Shown in pieces: positions 47,661 to 58,749 of a DNA stretch of 64,000 nucleotides (the stretch's first letter is position 1; each line of letters starts with the position of its first letter). The notes beneath the pieces were generated by a model that made no database searches, had not been told where the DNA came from, and worked only from the letters and a program-made list of their open reading frames with translations. Source of the stretch: Heteronotia binoei (lineage: Eukaryota); contig NC_083237.1 of the NCBI RefSeq assembly GCF_032191835.1, positions 37,510,001-37,574,000 of the forward strand, in the 5' to 3' direction. A program made the translations under genes and the position numbers.

Positions 47661-49040
47661 TTGCCCCCCCAAGTCGGGGGGAGGGGCAAAATCTCCCCTG
47701 CAGCCACGCTGTGATGCGACGGGCCACAGGAGGCTCTGTTGCCCCCCCAAGTCAGAATAAAGAGACGGACACAATTAGATTGGTGAAACTATGGGCCACT
47801 TTATTAAATAACACGGCAAGGGCAACCGAACTGTGGCCAGGTCAGGGCCAGGGGTCTCATCAGACCGCTCCCCTGCCTTTTCCAGTGGGCGAGAGACCCG
47901 CCTCCCCAGCCAGAGCTGTGAGCCACAGCTCCCGTTAGGCAGGCCCAGCAGGGAGGCTCGCACCGGAGGGTCCAGACACCAGATGCAAGTCTCAGCGAAA
48001 GGCACCCATCTAATCAAGTCTCCAGGACAGTCTGCATTCACACACCTCGAGCCACACCCAAAGGATGATCCTGCCAGACCCCTAACTCCCCAAAAGGGGG
48101 CGGCTAACTGGTCCACCCCAGGCCGCATGGTGCCATAAACCCTGTAAAACCTGCCACAACTAAGGCTAAGTCTCTACTTAGGGCTTAGCACCACCGAAAG
48201 GCCCAAACCCAACACAAGCCCTTGCCACAAATCCCTCAGGAAAATCATATTACCCTTTTTCGAGAGATGCATATTACCCTATGTAGAGGTCAGGACATTC
48301 CCTAGAAATATCTGGATGAGGCAAATAGTGGCCCAAACCACCCTCCAAAATCTTGCGAATCTCCTTATTCGCACTGTAACGAGCCTTCCCTATCCCAGCT
48401 GGATTTCAAGCACTGCGCTACACCAAGCATGGAATCATGGCCGACCAAACTATAATGGTACCAGGCCAACTGTTCCTTATGTTCTTGAAATCATCTCGGG
48501 CTTGCAAGATCAACGCCTTGTCTTTAATCATCCTGAGATCATTCCCTCCCAGGTGAACAATTAATACCTGCGGAAGAGGGCCCACACACCCGTGAAACAA
48601 AAGGGGGAGCAAGCCAGGCCACTGAAGACCCTGGCGCCACTGCCATTCAACCGTAACATATTTGCTAAGCCCCAGCTGAGAGCCAACAGCAGTTCTCCGA
48701 GCTTGATGTGCCACCCAAATCACATAACTGTGCCCGCAGATGAGAACTCTGCTCCTCCGGCCAGGAACAACAGCATCTAAAAGGAAAAAACAGACAAGTT
48801 ATAAAACCCAAACCTTAAATTACCCCAGCTCCTAATCACAAACTACTAGCGGAGCAAAGGGCGAATATAACCTTTGTAAACCTGAGACCGCCAACAGACA
48901 AGGCACTGAATGGACGAAGTAGGATAACCCAAGGCAGCAGCCGTAGAGGCTGTGCCGATTCTAAAGGAATGGGTACCAAATCTCACTCCAGACAACCCCA
49001 ACAAGGCTAAAGCCCTGGATGTCACGACCCAAAATTGATG
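47661..49040 (-). mobile_element. Second, diverged Ngaro element, 5'-truncated (recombinase C-terminus, SGNH, 3' terminus)
   Basis: 48846-49040 reads QFWVVTSRALALLGLSGVRFGTHSFRIG...YKGYIRPLLR*; SGNH follows; terminus aataaagtggccc...gacttgggggggcaa. Confidence 0.88.
48180..48776 (-). pseudogene. SGNH hydrolase exon of the second Ngaro, disabled
   Basis: AVVPGRRSRVLICGHSYVIW...HLGGNDL; stops from 48418 onward; acceptor ttttttccttttAG at 48778-48777. Confidence 0.85.
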
Positions 49041-49043
49041 TTT

Positions 49044-49560
49044 TGTCAGAGGGCTGTCAAGTCGGCTGATTCAATAACGAGACCTTTTTGATAAAAAGTT
49101 TCTAGTTTATTGATATCATTGTTTCCAACAGCTAAAAGATTGAGAGACTGAGGAACATACAGTAAAAGGTAATCATATAAGGTATCCTTCAAAGGAATTC
49201 TTTAGGGAGGGGGTACTATGCAGGGCACATTCACACATTGATGTTACAAATCGTTCTCCGGCTGATTGGCCTTGGGCAAGGCGCCTCTCCCCTGGTGCCC
49301 AGTCTGAGAAGGCTGGGCACCTTCTGCAGATGATGAATATGCAACTCATCTCCAAAGACCCCTCAAAGCCTCAAAGGAGCCCCCCCCCCCCGGGACTCTC
49401 TTTTAACCAAGGTAAATCTCCTCAGAGTTTCCTGTGCATATCTTGGACTGATCTCTGACTGAGAAAAGTAGACAGTAGGCATTAAATTGCCCCCCACTAC
49501 CCCGAACAGAAGCCCCGCCCTGCTCCCCTTCTGAGAAGCAATTCAGCTCGGCATTTTCCA
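49044..49560 (-). mobile_element. LTR fragment (extent approximate)
   Basis: Minus strand shows CCAAT, a TATA-like motif, AATAAA and a terminal ...ctctgaca. Confidence 0.45.
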
Positions 49561-49667
49561 ACCCCGGAAGTCTAAAAAAAAAAAAAGCTGAATATATCTA
49601 AGCAGTATTAAGCTGCAGAGAAATCCAGTGGCTACTCACCAAAGACCCAGGTCTAAACATACCAACA

Positions 49668-50210
49668 CTAGGGGTTTGCATTTGCTATGGCCAAACTGAA
49701 TACACCCCCAAAAACCAGCTGATTCAGCTGTATTCAGGCTGTATAGAGTTGAATCAGATTCTCTGATCTGAATCAGGATCCGTATACAGCAGCCGCAAAA
49801 TTCGGTGGCCATTCAGTCCCATAATACCCTATGGGCCATTGAAGTAAATGGCAAAATAGCGTATAATGAAGTGCAGCTGAGGGGTAGGGGGTTTGAGGTA
49901 GAGGCTCCAAATTTGCAGGGCTGCTGCAGGTATCTCTCCCATAGAACCTCCAAGTTTCAAAAAGATTGGACCAGGGAATCCAATTCTAGGGGCACCCAAA
50001 TAGGGCTCTTTCCCCCTATGATGGGGGAAAAAACAATCAGTCACTTTCCCCACTGTGACTCAGGGGCGGGGGAGCGTTGAGTGAGAGACACCAAATTTGC
50101 AGGGCTGCTTCTAGTGCCTCTCTCACACAGGACCCCCAGCATCCAAAAGGATTGGACCAGGGGATTCAACTTTAGGAGTGGCATCTATGATGGGGAAACC
50201 TATCCCAGGT
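49668..50210. mobile_element. hAT-family non-autonomous fragment; related copy at about 54150-54598
   Basis: caaaaagattggaccagggaatccaatt core shared with the hAT element at 32101-32801. Confidence 0.6.
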
Positions 50211-50929
50211 AACAGTCAGATTATTCTAGAGAATCTCTGCAATCAACTGTGCTGAGGGTGCTAACTTGCAAGGAACATAGTTGCCCAGCAGAACAAGTGC
50301 TATTGTAGCAATGGTAGTGCAATGCACAGGACCTTAATTCAAATTAGAGAATCTCTCAGATTTAAAAATTGGGATGGGAGCTTTCTGTAAGGACTGCAGC
50401 ACAGACCAGTGCACTAAACACAAAACTGCCAAGCAACAGAGATGGGGCATGCAAAGGAGTTGCATACTAAACCATAGTCCAACATAAGAAATACCTTTGG
50501 GGAATCCTGTAACACTGCACTGTAAGAAAGAAAATTTTGGAAACTAGGACAGAACACTTGAGTTTTAAAATAAATTTCTGAGAAGTCAAGACTGCTCAAG
50601 CGGAATCTTAATTTATGTTGTAATAAGTTGCATGAATATCACCTCTAATCTTCTTTCAAAAGCAAATAACTTGGGAACCTGTCACTGCACTGTACTTATT
50701 CTAGTTCTTGGCTCTGGCATGGCACACACCTGAAGAAAAAAGCATTCCTATCTATGATAACAAAGCTGAGGGACCAGTCACTGCAAAAATACTCGACTCA
50801 GGAACCCCCAGGACTCCATAAAGATATTGGCTTCCTATCTCAGTGGACATAATAACTTGCTCAGCTCTTAATTTCCCCCAGAATTCAAACTCTGTTGGTT
50901 TTAAAAGAGCAACTGGCCTCTTTTTATAA

Positions 50930-53500
50930 ATTATCCCTGTTTAAGGTGAGTGCCTGCTTGGGGTGGATTAGGGTTTTCTTTTGGGGTGGGGGTTGGTCAA
51001 GATTTTAGAAGTTAAAGTTTTGTGCAGGGTTTTAAAGTTTGTTGTAGAAATATTTCAATACTTTCATTCAAGATATTACTGTATTATTGCTGCTATCATT
51101 TTTGTTGCTGGATGGCAGCAGGGTGTTTTGTTCACTGTTGTTAATTGTTTGGTTAAATTTCGGATCACAAGTTGTGTTAGTGGTTGCTTGCAGATTTAAC
51201 TATTGTTACTGTTTTGTGGACATAGATGTTTTTAAGGAGTTTACTGGTGTTTCCTTTGTTGCTTGGGGGTAGATGGGCAGCTGCCATTGTGAGGTTGTGG
51301 CTTGTGGTTTGGTTCTCCTGGATATTGTTGTTGCTTTTTTACTTTTTTTTTTTTTGCTGCACAGTGTGATTTGTTGTGATCCTAGGATTGTTTTTTAAAG
51401 TTCCTTCCCCCTTCCCATTCTGGTTGCTGAGGAGGGGACTAGTGGTAGGTGTTGGTGGGTTGTTGTATTTCTCTGTGTTGTTTTGTCTTATATAGACTTG
51501 TGGTTTTGCCCTTTTTCCTGGGTGGGCCTCGCAGCTGATGCTACCAATACAGTCTTGTGTTACTCTTTGTGACTTGCTTCCTCTGGTTGCCTGATCATTC
51601 TTTCTATCTTTGTTGCAGTTTGAAATCAGGTTTGGGTTCAGTTGATTTTGGCCTTATGGGGGAGGACATTGTTGCTGTTCTGTTCTTCAATTGTTTAGCC
51701 TTAGGGAAAGATTAATTTAGATTTGTATGACCTCTCTCAGTGATCTTGTTCTGCCCCTGTGTTAGTTTGGTTTTCTTTCACTGTGTTTTATACGACTGCA
51801 GTAGCATCTGAGGGTGTTTTTGGTTTGACTAGGGCCAGTAGAAAGGCTGCTCCAGTAATGTGTGCTTTGAGGAATTGTTTTTTTTCTTCTTTTAAACAAG
51901 TTTAAGAAATCCAGGTTAGGGCTGATGTTGTGTATGAGGACTCAACTGAAGACTTATGTGGGTGTTCCCGCCCAGCTCATTGGAGCTATTAGAACAGAGT
52001 TTGGGGACTTGGGAACAATGGGCAGCAGGATCCAAATCCCTGCTGCCCTGTTCCAATCATTGGCCCTCTGTTGGTTTGAATGATCCAATAACATGCTTGC
52101 GCGGGAACCCTGACTTGTATATAGTTGGCCTCTTTGGCCCAGTTCTCCAGTCTTGTAGTGCAGCCCTCTACTATGCTGTATCTAATAAAGAGCGGATAAT
52201 CACTACTACCTTGCCCCTTCAATGCGTTGAACCCACTATATCATAGCTTCAGTTTCTCATTCTCAACTGACCAGGCCAGATAGGGGATACTTTCAAAGGA
52301 GAGTAGGTTTCTCCAAAAAGTAGTGCAACTAGGCCAAAACAGGTTCCATTTAAAACAGAACAGGGTGTGTGTGCATCTGACCTTCAATTACCGAAGGCTA
52401 GTGCATTTTTACATTCCATAGGTTGAACAACAGCTTTTCTCTAGTCATAGGGGACACCTGATTTCTAGCTTAGAAATCAGTACTTCCAAAAAGGTTTGTC
52501 TTATTTCAAGGTAGCTTTAAAAAAACTGTAGCCAGGAAGAGGCAGGTTCACCTAGTTTCTTTAACCAGACTAAAACAGCACAAAAAACCCCCCAGTTTAG
52601 GGACATATAAAAACCAAAGTTTTGATGGGAGGGTTTTTAAAAAGGAGTCAGGCTCTGTTTGGTTCAGAGTACAATTGGAGTGCAACCCTACCTTGCCGCC
52701 ACATGATGCACCCTGGGTAACACCAAAGAGCTAAGTCACCATCACAAGTAAGAACAAATTTAGAGTCCATTGTAACATTTAAGATAAGCAAAGTTTTATT
52801 TAGTATTCAGCCATAACCAGGGCTTTTTCTGTAGCATGACCTGTTTGCATATTAGACCTCACCCCCCTGATGTAGCCAATCCTCCTGGAGCTTACAGTTT
52901 GCCCGGTACTAAGAACCCTGTAAGCTCTTGGAGCTTAGCTACATCAGGGGTGTGTGGCCTAATATGCAAAGGAGTTCCTGTTACAAAAAAAGCCCTGGCC
53001 ATAACACATAGGTTGTAGGGTGGGGGTTGGCTGATGGTCAGGAAGAACTGGTTAGAGTCAAGATGCATAAGACCTAGGTGTTCACCAGGTGTAAGTAAGA
53101 ATGGAGAAAGGAAAGAATACAGCAGCATACAACTACAAACCTGAACACCTAAATGTGAGAGAATGACATTTAGAAGTGTGCCAGTGGCACTTCAAGACAA
53201 GCAAAGGTCAATGCTAGGTGGTATAAGCAACAACAGTGCTTCATGAGGTTCAATGAAAAGGGTGTCCCCTTGTATTACATATGGGGGGGTGGGATTTGTT
53301 GCCAGGAAGCACCATTAGAATCTAGATGCCCAAAAGACAGAGTGGTAACTGCAGCTAAAAATGGATAAACATATTAAACAAGAGCAAAACCCCCTGCAAT
53401 TTTGGATTCAGAACAGGTACTGATGGGGTAAATAACATGCCTAAGAACTAAGTTTGATGAAGTGGCACCCTTAAAACTAACATAGTCTGTTTTCTGTGAA
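50930..53500 (-). mobile_element. Possible ERV/LTR-element 5' portion (LTR, leader, decayed gag-like region)
   Basis: Minus-strand AATAAA and U5-like sequence at about 52800-52715; GQGSS-starting ORF 51989-52222; strongly A/C-skewed downstream sequence. Confidence 0.3.
52817..53000. mobile_element. Palindromic MITE (cagggctttt family); relatives near 61150-61345 and 63230-63420
   Basis: cagggctttttctgtagc...gttacaaaaaaagccctgg hairpin. Confidence 0.7.
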
Positions 53501-54744
53501 AAGCTGAGAACTAAACAACTTAGTTACTATGTCTACCGAGATAGGAAGCCAATATCTCTGTAATGTCCTGGGGGTTCCATTCTGTTAACTGTTTTTATGA
53601 TGACGGGTCTCTCGGCTTTGTTGTGATAGAAAAAAGAATGCTTCTTTGTTTGGAAATGTGCCATGAGAGAACCAAGATGTAGGATAAGTATGGTGCAATG
53701 ACAGGTTCCCCCAGAATTCTTGCTTTTGAAAAAAGAACAGATGTGATATTTGCATGCCACTTGGCTTGTCAGTCAAGGTTCCCCTTGAGCGGCCTTGATT
53801 TTTTATCAGTTTCTTTTAAAATCCAAGTGCCCTAGTTTCCAAGGTTTTCTTTCCGTAACAAACAACAAATGGAGTGTTGAGGGATTCCACACAGATATTT
53901 TCTTTCTGTGGGGCTGTGGTTCAGTGGGCAGATGCTTGGCATGAAGGACGTCCATGCTCCATCTCTGCTGCATGGCAGTAGTGCATTCAACACACTGGTT
54001 CAGTGCAGCAGTCCTTGCAGAGAGCCACCACCCCAATTTTGAATGAGAGATATTCTCTAGTTTGATCTAATATACTGTTTGTGCCAATGACAGTAGCATG
54101 GTGGCACTGGTTCTGCTCAGGGACATGGCACTGCCTGTGGGGGGAAAGCCACTGCAGCTGCCCTGAAAATTTGGGGGCTCGCCCTCAAAGCCTCTGCTCC
54201 TCTGAATCAATTTTCCCACTGTTATGAAAATGGATTGTTTTTTTCCTACCATTGTGAGAAATGAGTATTTTGGGGGCCTCTAGAATAAGAACCCCTGGTC
54301 CAATCTTTTTGGAACTTGGAGGTTCTGTAGGGGAGAGGCCCTTCCACCCCCCTAAAAATTTGGGGCCTCTAACTCATACCACCTCCCTCCAGCTGCCTTT
54401 CATTATACCCTATTTTGCCAATGATTTCAATGGTCCATAGCATATAATGGGGCCATATATTCAGGAATAGCCAAATATCTCCCGAATCAGATTCTGTAAC
54501 CAAATCTGCTATTAGGAGATATATGGCCTCCCAAATGTTTTAGCCCCAAACACCCCAAATCTGATTTTTTTAAGTTTTTCTTCTTCTGCACAACTTTAGG
54601 ATCCACCTCATTAGGAAGACTCAACTATAAAGAATCAAATTAGCACAACACATTGGGCACTCATGGCCTATGCAATTTAATATTAGTTTTATTGGCAAAA
54701 CAGGAAAAAAATGAATAAACATACACTTACAGTAGCAAACTTGA

Positions 54745-55677
54745 TCATATTAGAGGAAAGTAGCTGAATCGCAAAACCTTTGACATTGCTTTTTTAATCT
54801 CTTTGTTTCTTATATTGTAAATTACTGGATTCAACATAGGTGGAACCAAGGAATAGATCACAGTAAATATCAACTCCAACTGTGTTGGGGTGTTAGAGAC
54901 AGGCTTCATGTAGGCAAAACATGCAGCAAATATAAATGTAGAACAGACAATGAGGTGGGGGAGGCAAGTGGACAAAGCCTTCTGTCTTCCCTTTGCAGAA
55001 GGCAGTCTTAACACTGTGGTAAAAATGTGAACATAAGTTACAGGGATATAGACAAAACAGGCCACCCCAAGGAGAAGTCCAATCCCAACAGCAGTCATTT
55101 CAATTAGATTTAGGTCAGAACAAGTCAATTTTATTAGTTGTGGGATTTCACAGAAAAATTGATTGACAATGTTAGAGCAGAAATGGATTGCAAAAGTCCC
55201 AGTGGTGTGCATCCCTGCATACAGAAAACCAGCAATCCATGCACCAGCTAGCATTTCAGTGCAGGCCTGCTGATTAATTACCATTGCATAATGTAATGGA
55301 TTGCAAATAGCCACGTACCGGTCATATGCCATGACTGTCAAGATGCATAAATCAGATGTTACGAAGAACAGAAACAGGAAGACTTGAGCAACACAGCCTG
55401 AATATGAAATGTGTCTGGTATTCAGGAGGGAATTGGTCATGGATTTGGGTACAATGACTGAAGCTTGGCCAAGGTCCAGCACAGCCAAGTTCATCAGAAA
55501 GAAGTACATGGGGGTGTGTAGATGATGGTCTAAGGCAACTGAAGTGATGATGAGGAGGTTCCCTGCAACAGTTGCCAAGTATATCATCAGAAATACAGTG
55601 AAGTGTAGAAACTGTAGTTCCCGAACCTCTGAGAATTCCAGGAGCAGAAAATCAGACATGGTAGTTCTGTTGAACAT
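54745..55677 (-). CDS. Olfactory receptor, family 14-like, intact, 310 aa (OR-C)
   Basis: All OR motifs present; paralogue of OR-A and OR-B. Confidence 0.96.
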   Translation of the reverse strand: MFNRTTMSDFLLLEFSEVRELQFLHFTVFLMIYLATVAGNLLIITSVALDHHLHTPMYFFLMNLAVLDLGQASVIVPKSMTNSLLNTRHISYSGCVAQVFLFLFFVTSDLCILTVMAYDRYVAICNPLHYAMVINQQACTEMLAGAWIAGFLYAGMHTTGTFAIHFCSNIVNQFFCEIPQLIKLTCSDLNLIEMTAVGIGLLLGVACFVYIPVTYVHIFTTVLRLPSAKGRQKALSTCLPHLIVCSTFIFAACFAYMKPVSNTPTQLELIFTVIYSLVPPMLNPVIYNIRNKEIKKAMSKVLRFSYFPLI

Positions 55678-57004
55678 TTCTTAAAAGGTAATTTGATTGC
55701 AGAAAGAAACTGGAAGAAAATAAAATTTTAATTCCACCAAACAGAAGAGATAAAATATATAAAAATATAACAACAATGGTGGTAAGTGTACTAACAAGCC
55801 TGTATAAAACGATTACAGATATTTAAGACTATGCCCATGCACAATATGCCATATATTCAGATGCTGATAGAGTTGTAAAGTCCTCAGTCCATTGGCTTAC
55901 TAGAGGTAGACATTTTATCTTTTCAGTGTTGTAATGTAAACCTTTTAACAACAGTAAGGGCAAGGGAGTTCCATCTTTGTTGATCATCAGTTAATCTCCA
56001 AGAGACAGGCAAATAGTTTCAAAGTACGTAAGTACTCTCAAAGACCATTGAACACAGAAATACGAAACTGATATGTGTAATTACTTCCTCTCAAAAAGAG
56101 GCCCAAACACGTTTTAGAGGCCCAAATACATGTTTTAGAGGTAAATCTTGCCAATAATTGGATATTTTACTTAGTCCTTTTCTAAAAATACTCAATTGTG
56201 TCCAGTGAATATGAAACAAAATTTTTCACTTAGTAAATTGCAGCTTAATTTCCAAAGAAACAACAGGTATAATATATAGGGGCCAATCACATTGCTTTGG
56301 CTCAACAGGGCAATCTATGTCCTTATTCCATTCATTTCTGAGACTTTCATATAATACATCTTGACCAACATCAAATATTTATAGAAAGATACATTTAGTT
56401 TCATTTTCTGCATTAATTCAATGAGAGTTTCTAAGACTGAGCCAGATTCTGAAATACTTAGTGCTTGCAAGGCCGTATTTAGATAAGAAGAAATGTAGTG
56501 GTTGGTAATAATTGACATTCATCAGAGTTTGACAGGTCATATCCAGACCTCAACTGAGAATATAACACAAACTCATTATCATGGTCTATTAATTGGTCTA
56601 AAGTAAAAAGCCCTCTATCTATTCAAGCCTTCCACTTCAAAAATCTTCACAATTTTTAGTTCTGGATTGGCTTATAGTGTTAGTTTAGCAGGTGAATATG
56701 GGTCAAATTGATATTGTCATGACATTTGTCATCATAATTCTCTAACTGCAGAAATTGTAGGAGGAACAGGATCAATTTTAACATAACTAGACCCTAATGC
56801 ATTCCCCATTTAAAGAGGGGCACCAGGCAAGAATCCAGCAGAATACCCTAAGATGGATAGTTGAACTGGGAGATGCAATCACAGTAATTAGTACAAGCTA
56901 ACAAATATACCTGGTGATATAAAATAAGATCAGGAAAATGAAATCTTCCTTCATACAATGAGAGTTGTGTCTTCTTGAAAAAAATCCAGAGAGGTAAGGA
57001 ATCC

Positions 57005-57800
57005 CAAATAAATTTCCAAAATTAATTAATTATGGGAATATATCCACTAGGTATAAGAAAAGGAATTGCATATAAAACATATACAATCCAAGGTACAATG
57101 TTCATTTTGAGTGAATTTACTTTACCCCCCCCCCAAAAAAAAAGTTTTAAGTTTACCCATCTGTCCAAATCTAAGGTTATATCAGCAATCAACTGGTTAA
57201 AATTTAGTATCACTATATGCTTAATATCTCTAGGAATCGCTATTCTAGGATAAGTAATGACATCTGGGCAGTATTACAAGCATCCCAAGTGGGGATCTGA
57301 TAAAGAAGTCCACTAGTGGCTGTTAGCCACAAGGTATAGATGGAACACAATGTCTGGGTAGTAATGCTCTGTAGTCTTGATGCTTGCGGGGGCGGGCAAC
57401 AGTGAGAAAGTTTCTGATGTTCTGGCTCTGTTGGTTGCCTTCCTGATGGCACCTGGGTTTTGAACACTGTGTGACAGTTTGTTGGACTGGATGGGCCATT
57501 GGCCTGATCCAACATGACTTCTCTTATGTTCATTGAAAATGTTTAACAGCAAATACACTCATGGGTATATTTTCTCCAAATGGAATCAACTGAGATTTTG
57601 TTCAGTTAATCCAATAACCAGGCAAAGATCAAAAAGTATTGATCATATTCGTTAATATAGGAGTGGAGGACAGTTCTATAATAAACAACTGCATAAAATA
57701 TTTTTTTAAAAAAAAATTCTAGGCAGTTCTGTACAAAACCATAAATGTTCTTCTTTTGTCTGATAGCACAAGCCAGAATTTCTAATAATAAATTAAACAA
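57005..57800 (-). mobile_element. Old L1 ORF2 fragments split by a CR1 tail (about 57255-57530)
   Basis: LFNLLLEILACAIRQ; LDRWVNLKL...SLKMNIVP. Confidence 0.75.
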
Positions 57801-57811
57801 ATGAGGATAAA

Positions 57812-58721
57812 GAACATAAGAACATAAGAGAAGCCATGTTGGATCAGGCCAACGGCCCATCAAGTCCAACACTCTGTGTCACACAGTGGCAAAAAATTTT
57901 ATATACACACATACACTGTGGCTAATAGCCACTGATGGACCTGTGCTCCGTATTTTATCTAAACCCTTCTTGAAGGTGGCTATACTTGTGGCCGCCACCA
58001 CCTCCTGTGGCAGTGAATTCCACATGTTAATCACCCTTTGAGTGAAGAAGTACTTACTTTTATCCGTTTTAACCTGTCTGCTCAGCAATTTCATCGAATG
58101 CCCACGAGTTCTTGTATTGTGAGAAAGGGAGAAAAGTACTTCTTTCTCTACTTTCTCCATCCCATGCATTATCTTGTAAACCTCTATCATGTCACCCCGC
58201 AGTCAACGTTTCTCCAAGCTAAAGAGTCCCAAGCGTTTCAACCTTTCTTCATAGGGAAAGTGCTCCAGCCCTTTAATCATTCTAGTTGCCCTTCTCTGGA
58301 CTTTCTCCAATGCTATAATATCCTTTTTGAGGTGCGGCGACCAGAACTGCACACAGTACTCCAAATGAGACCGCACCATCGATTTATACAGGGGCATTAT
58401 GATACTGGCTGATTTGTTTTCAATTCCCTTCCTAATAATTCCCAGCATGGCGTTGGCCTTTTTTATTGCAATCGCACACTGTCTTGACATTTTCAGTGAG
58501 TTATCTACCACGATCCCAAGATCTCTCTCTTGGTCAGTCTCTGCCACTTCACACCCCATCAACTTGTATTTGTAGCTGGGATTCTTGGCCCCAATGTGCA
58601 TTACTTTGCACTTGGCCACATTGAACCGCATCTGCCACGTTGACGCCCACTCACCCAGCCTCAACAGATCCCTTTGGAGTTCCTCACAATCCTCTTTGGT
58701 TCTCACCACCCTGAACAATTT
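57812..58721 (-). mobile_element. Young 5'-truncated CR1
   Basis: Open RT C-terminus 58203-58718 nearly identical to the CR1 at 27.5-28.3 kb; intact tail. Confidence 0.93.
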
Positions 58722-58749
58722 AAAAGGAGGAAAAGTATCTGAACTAGTA

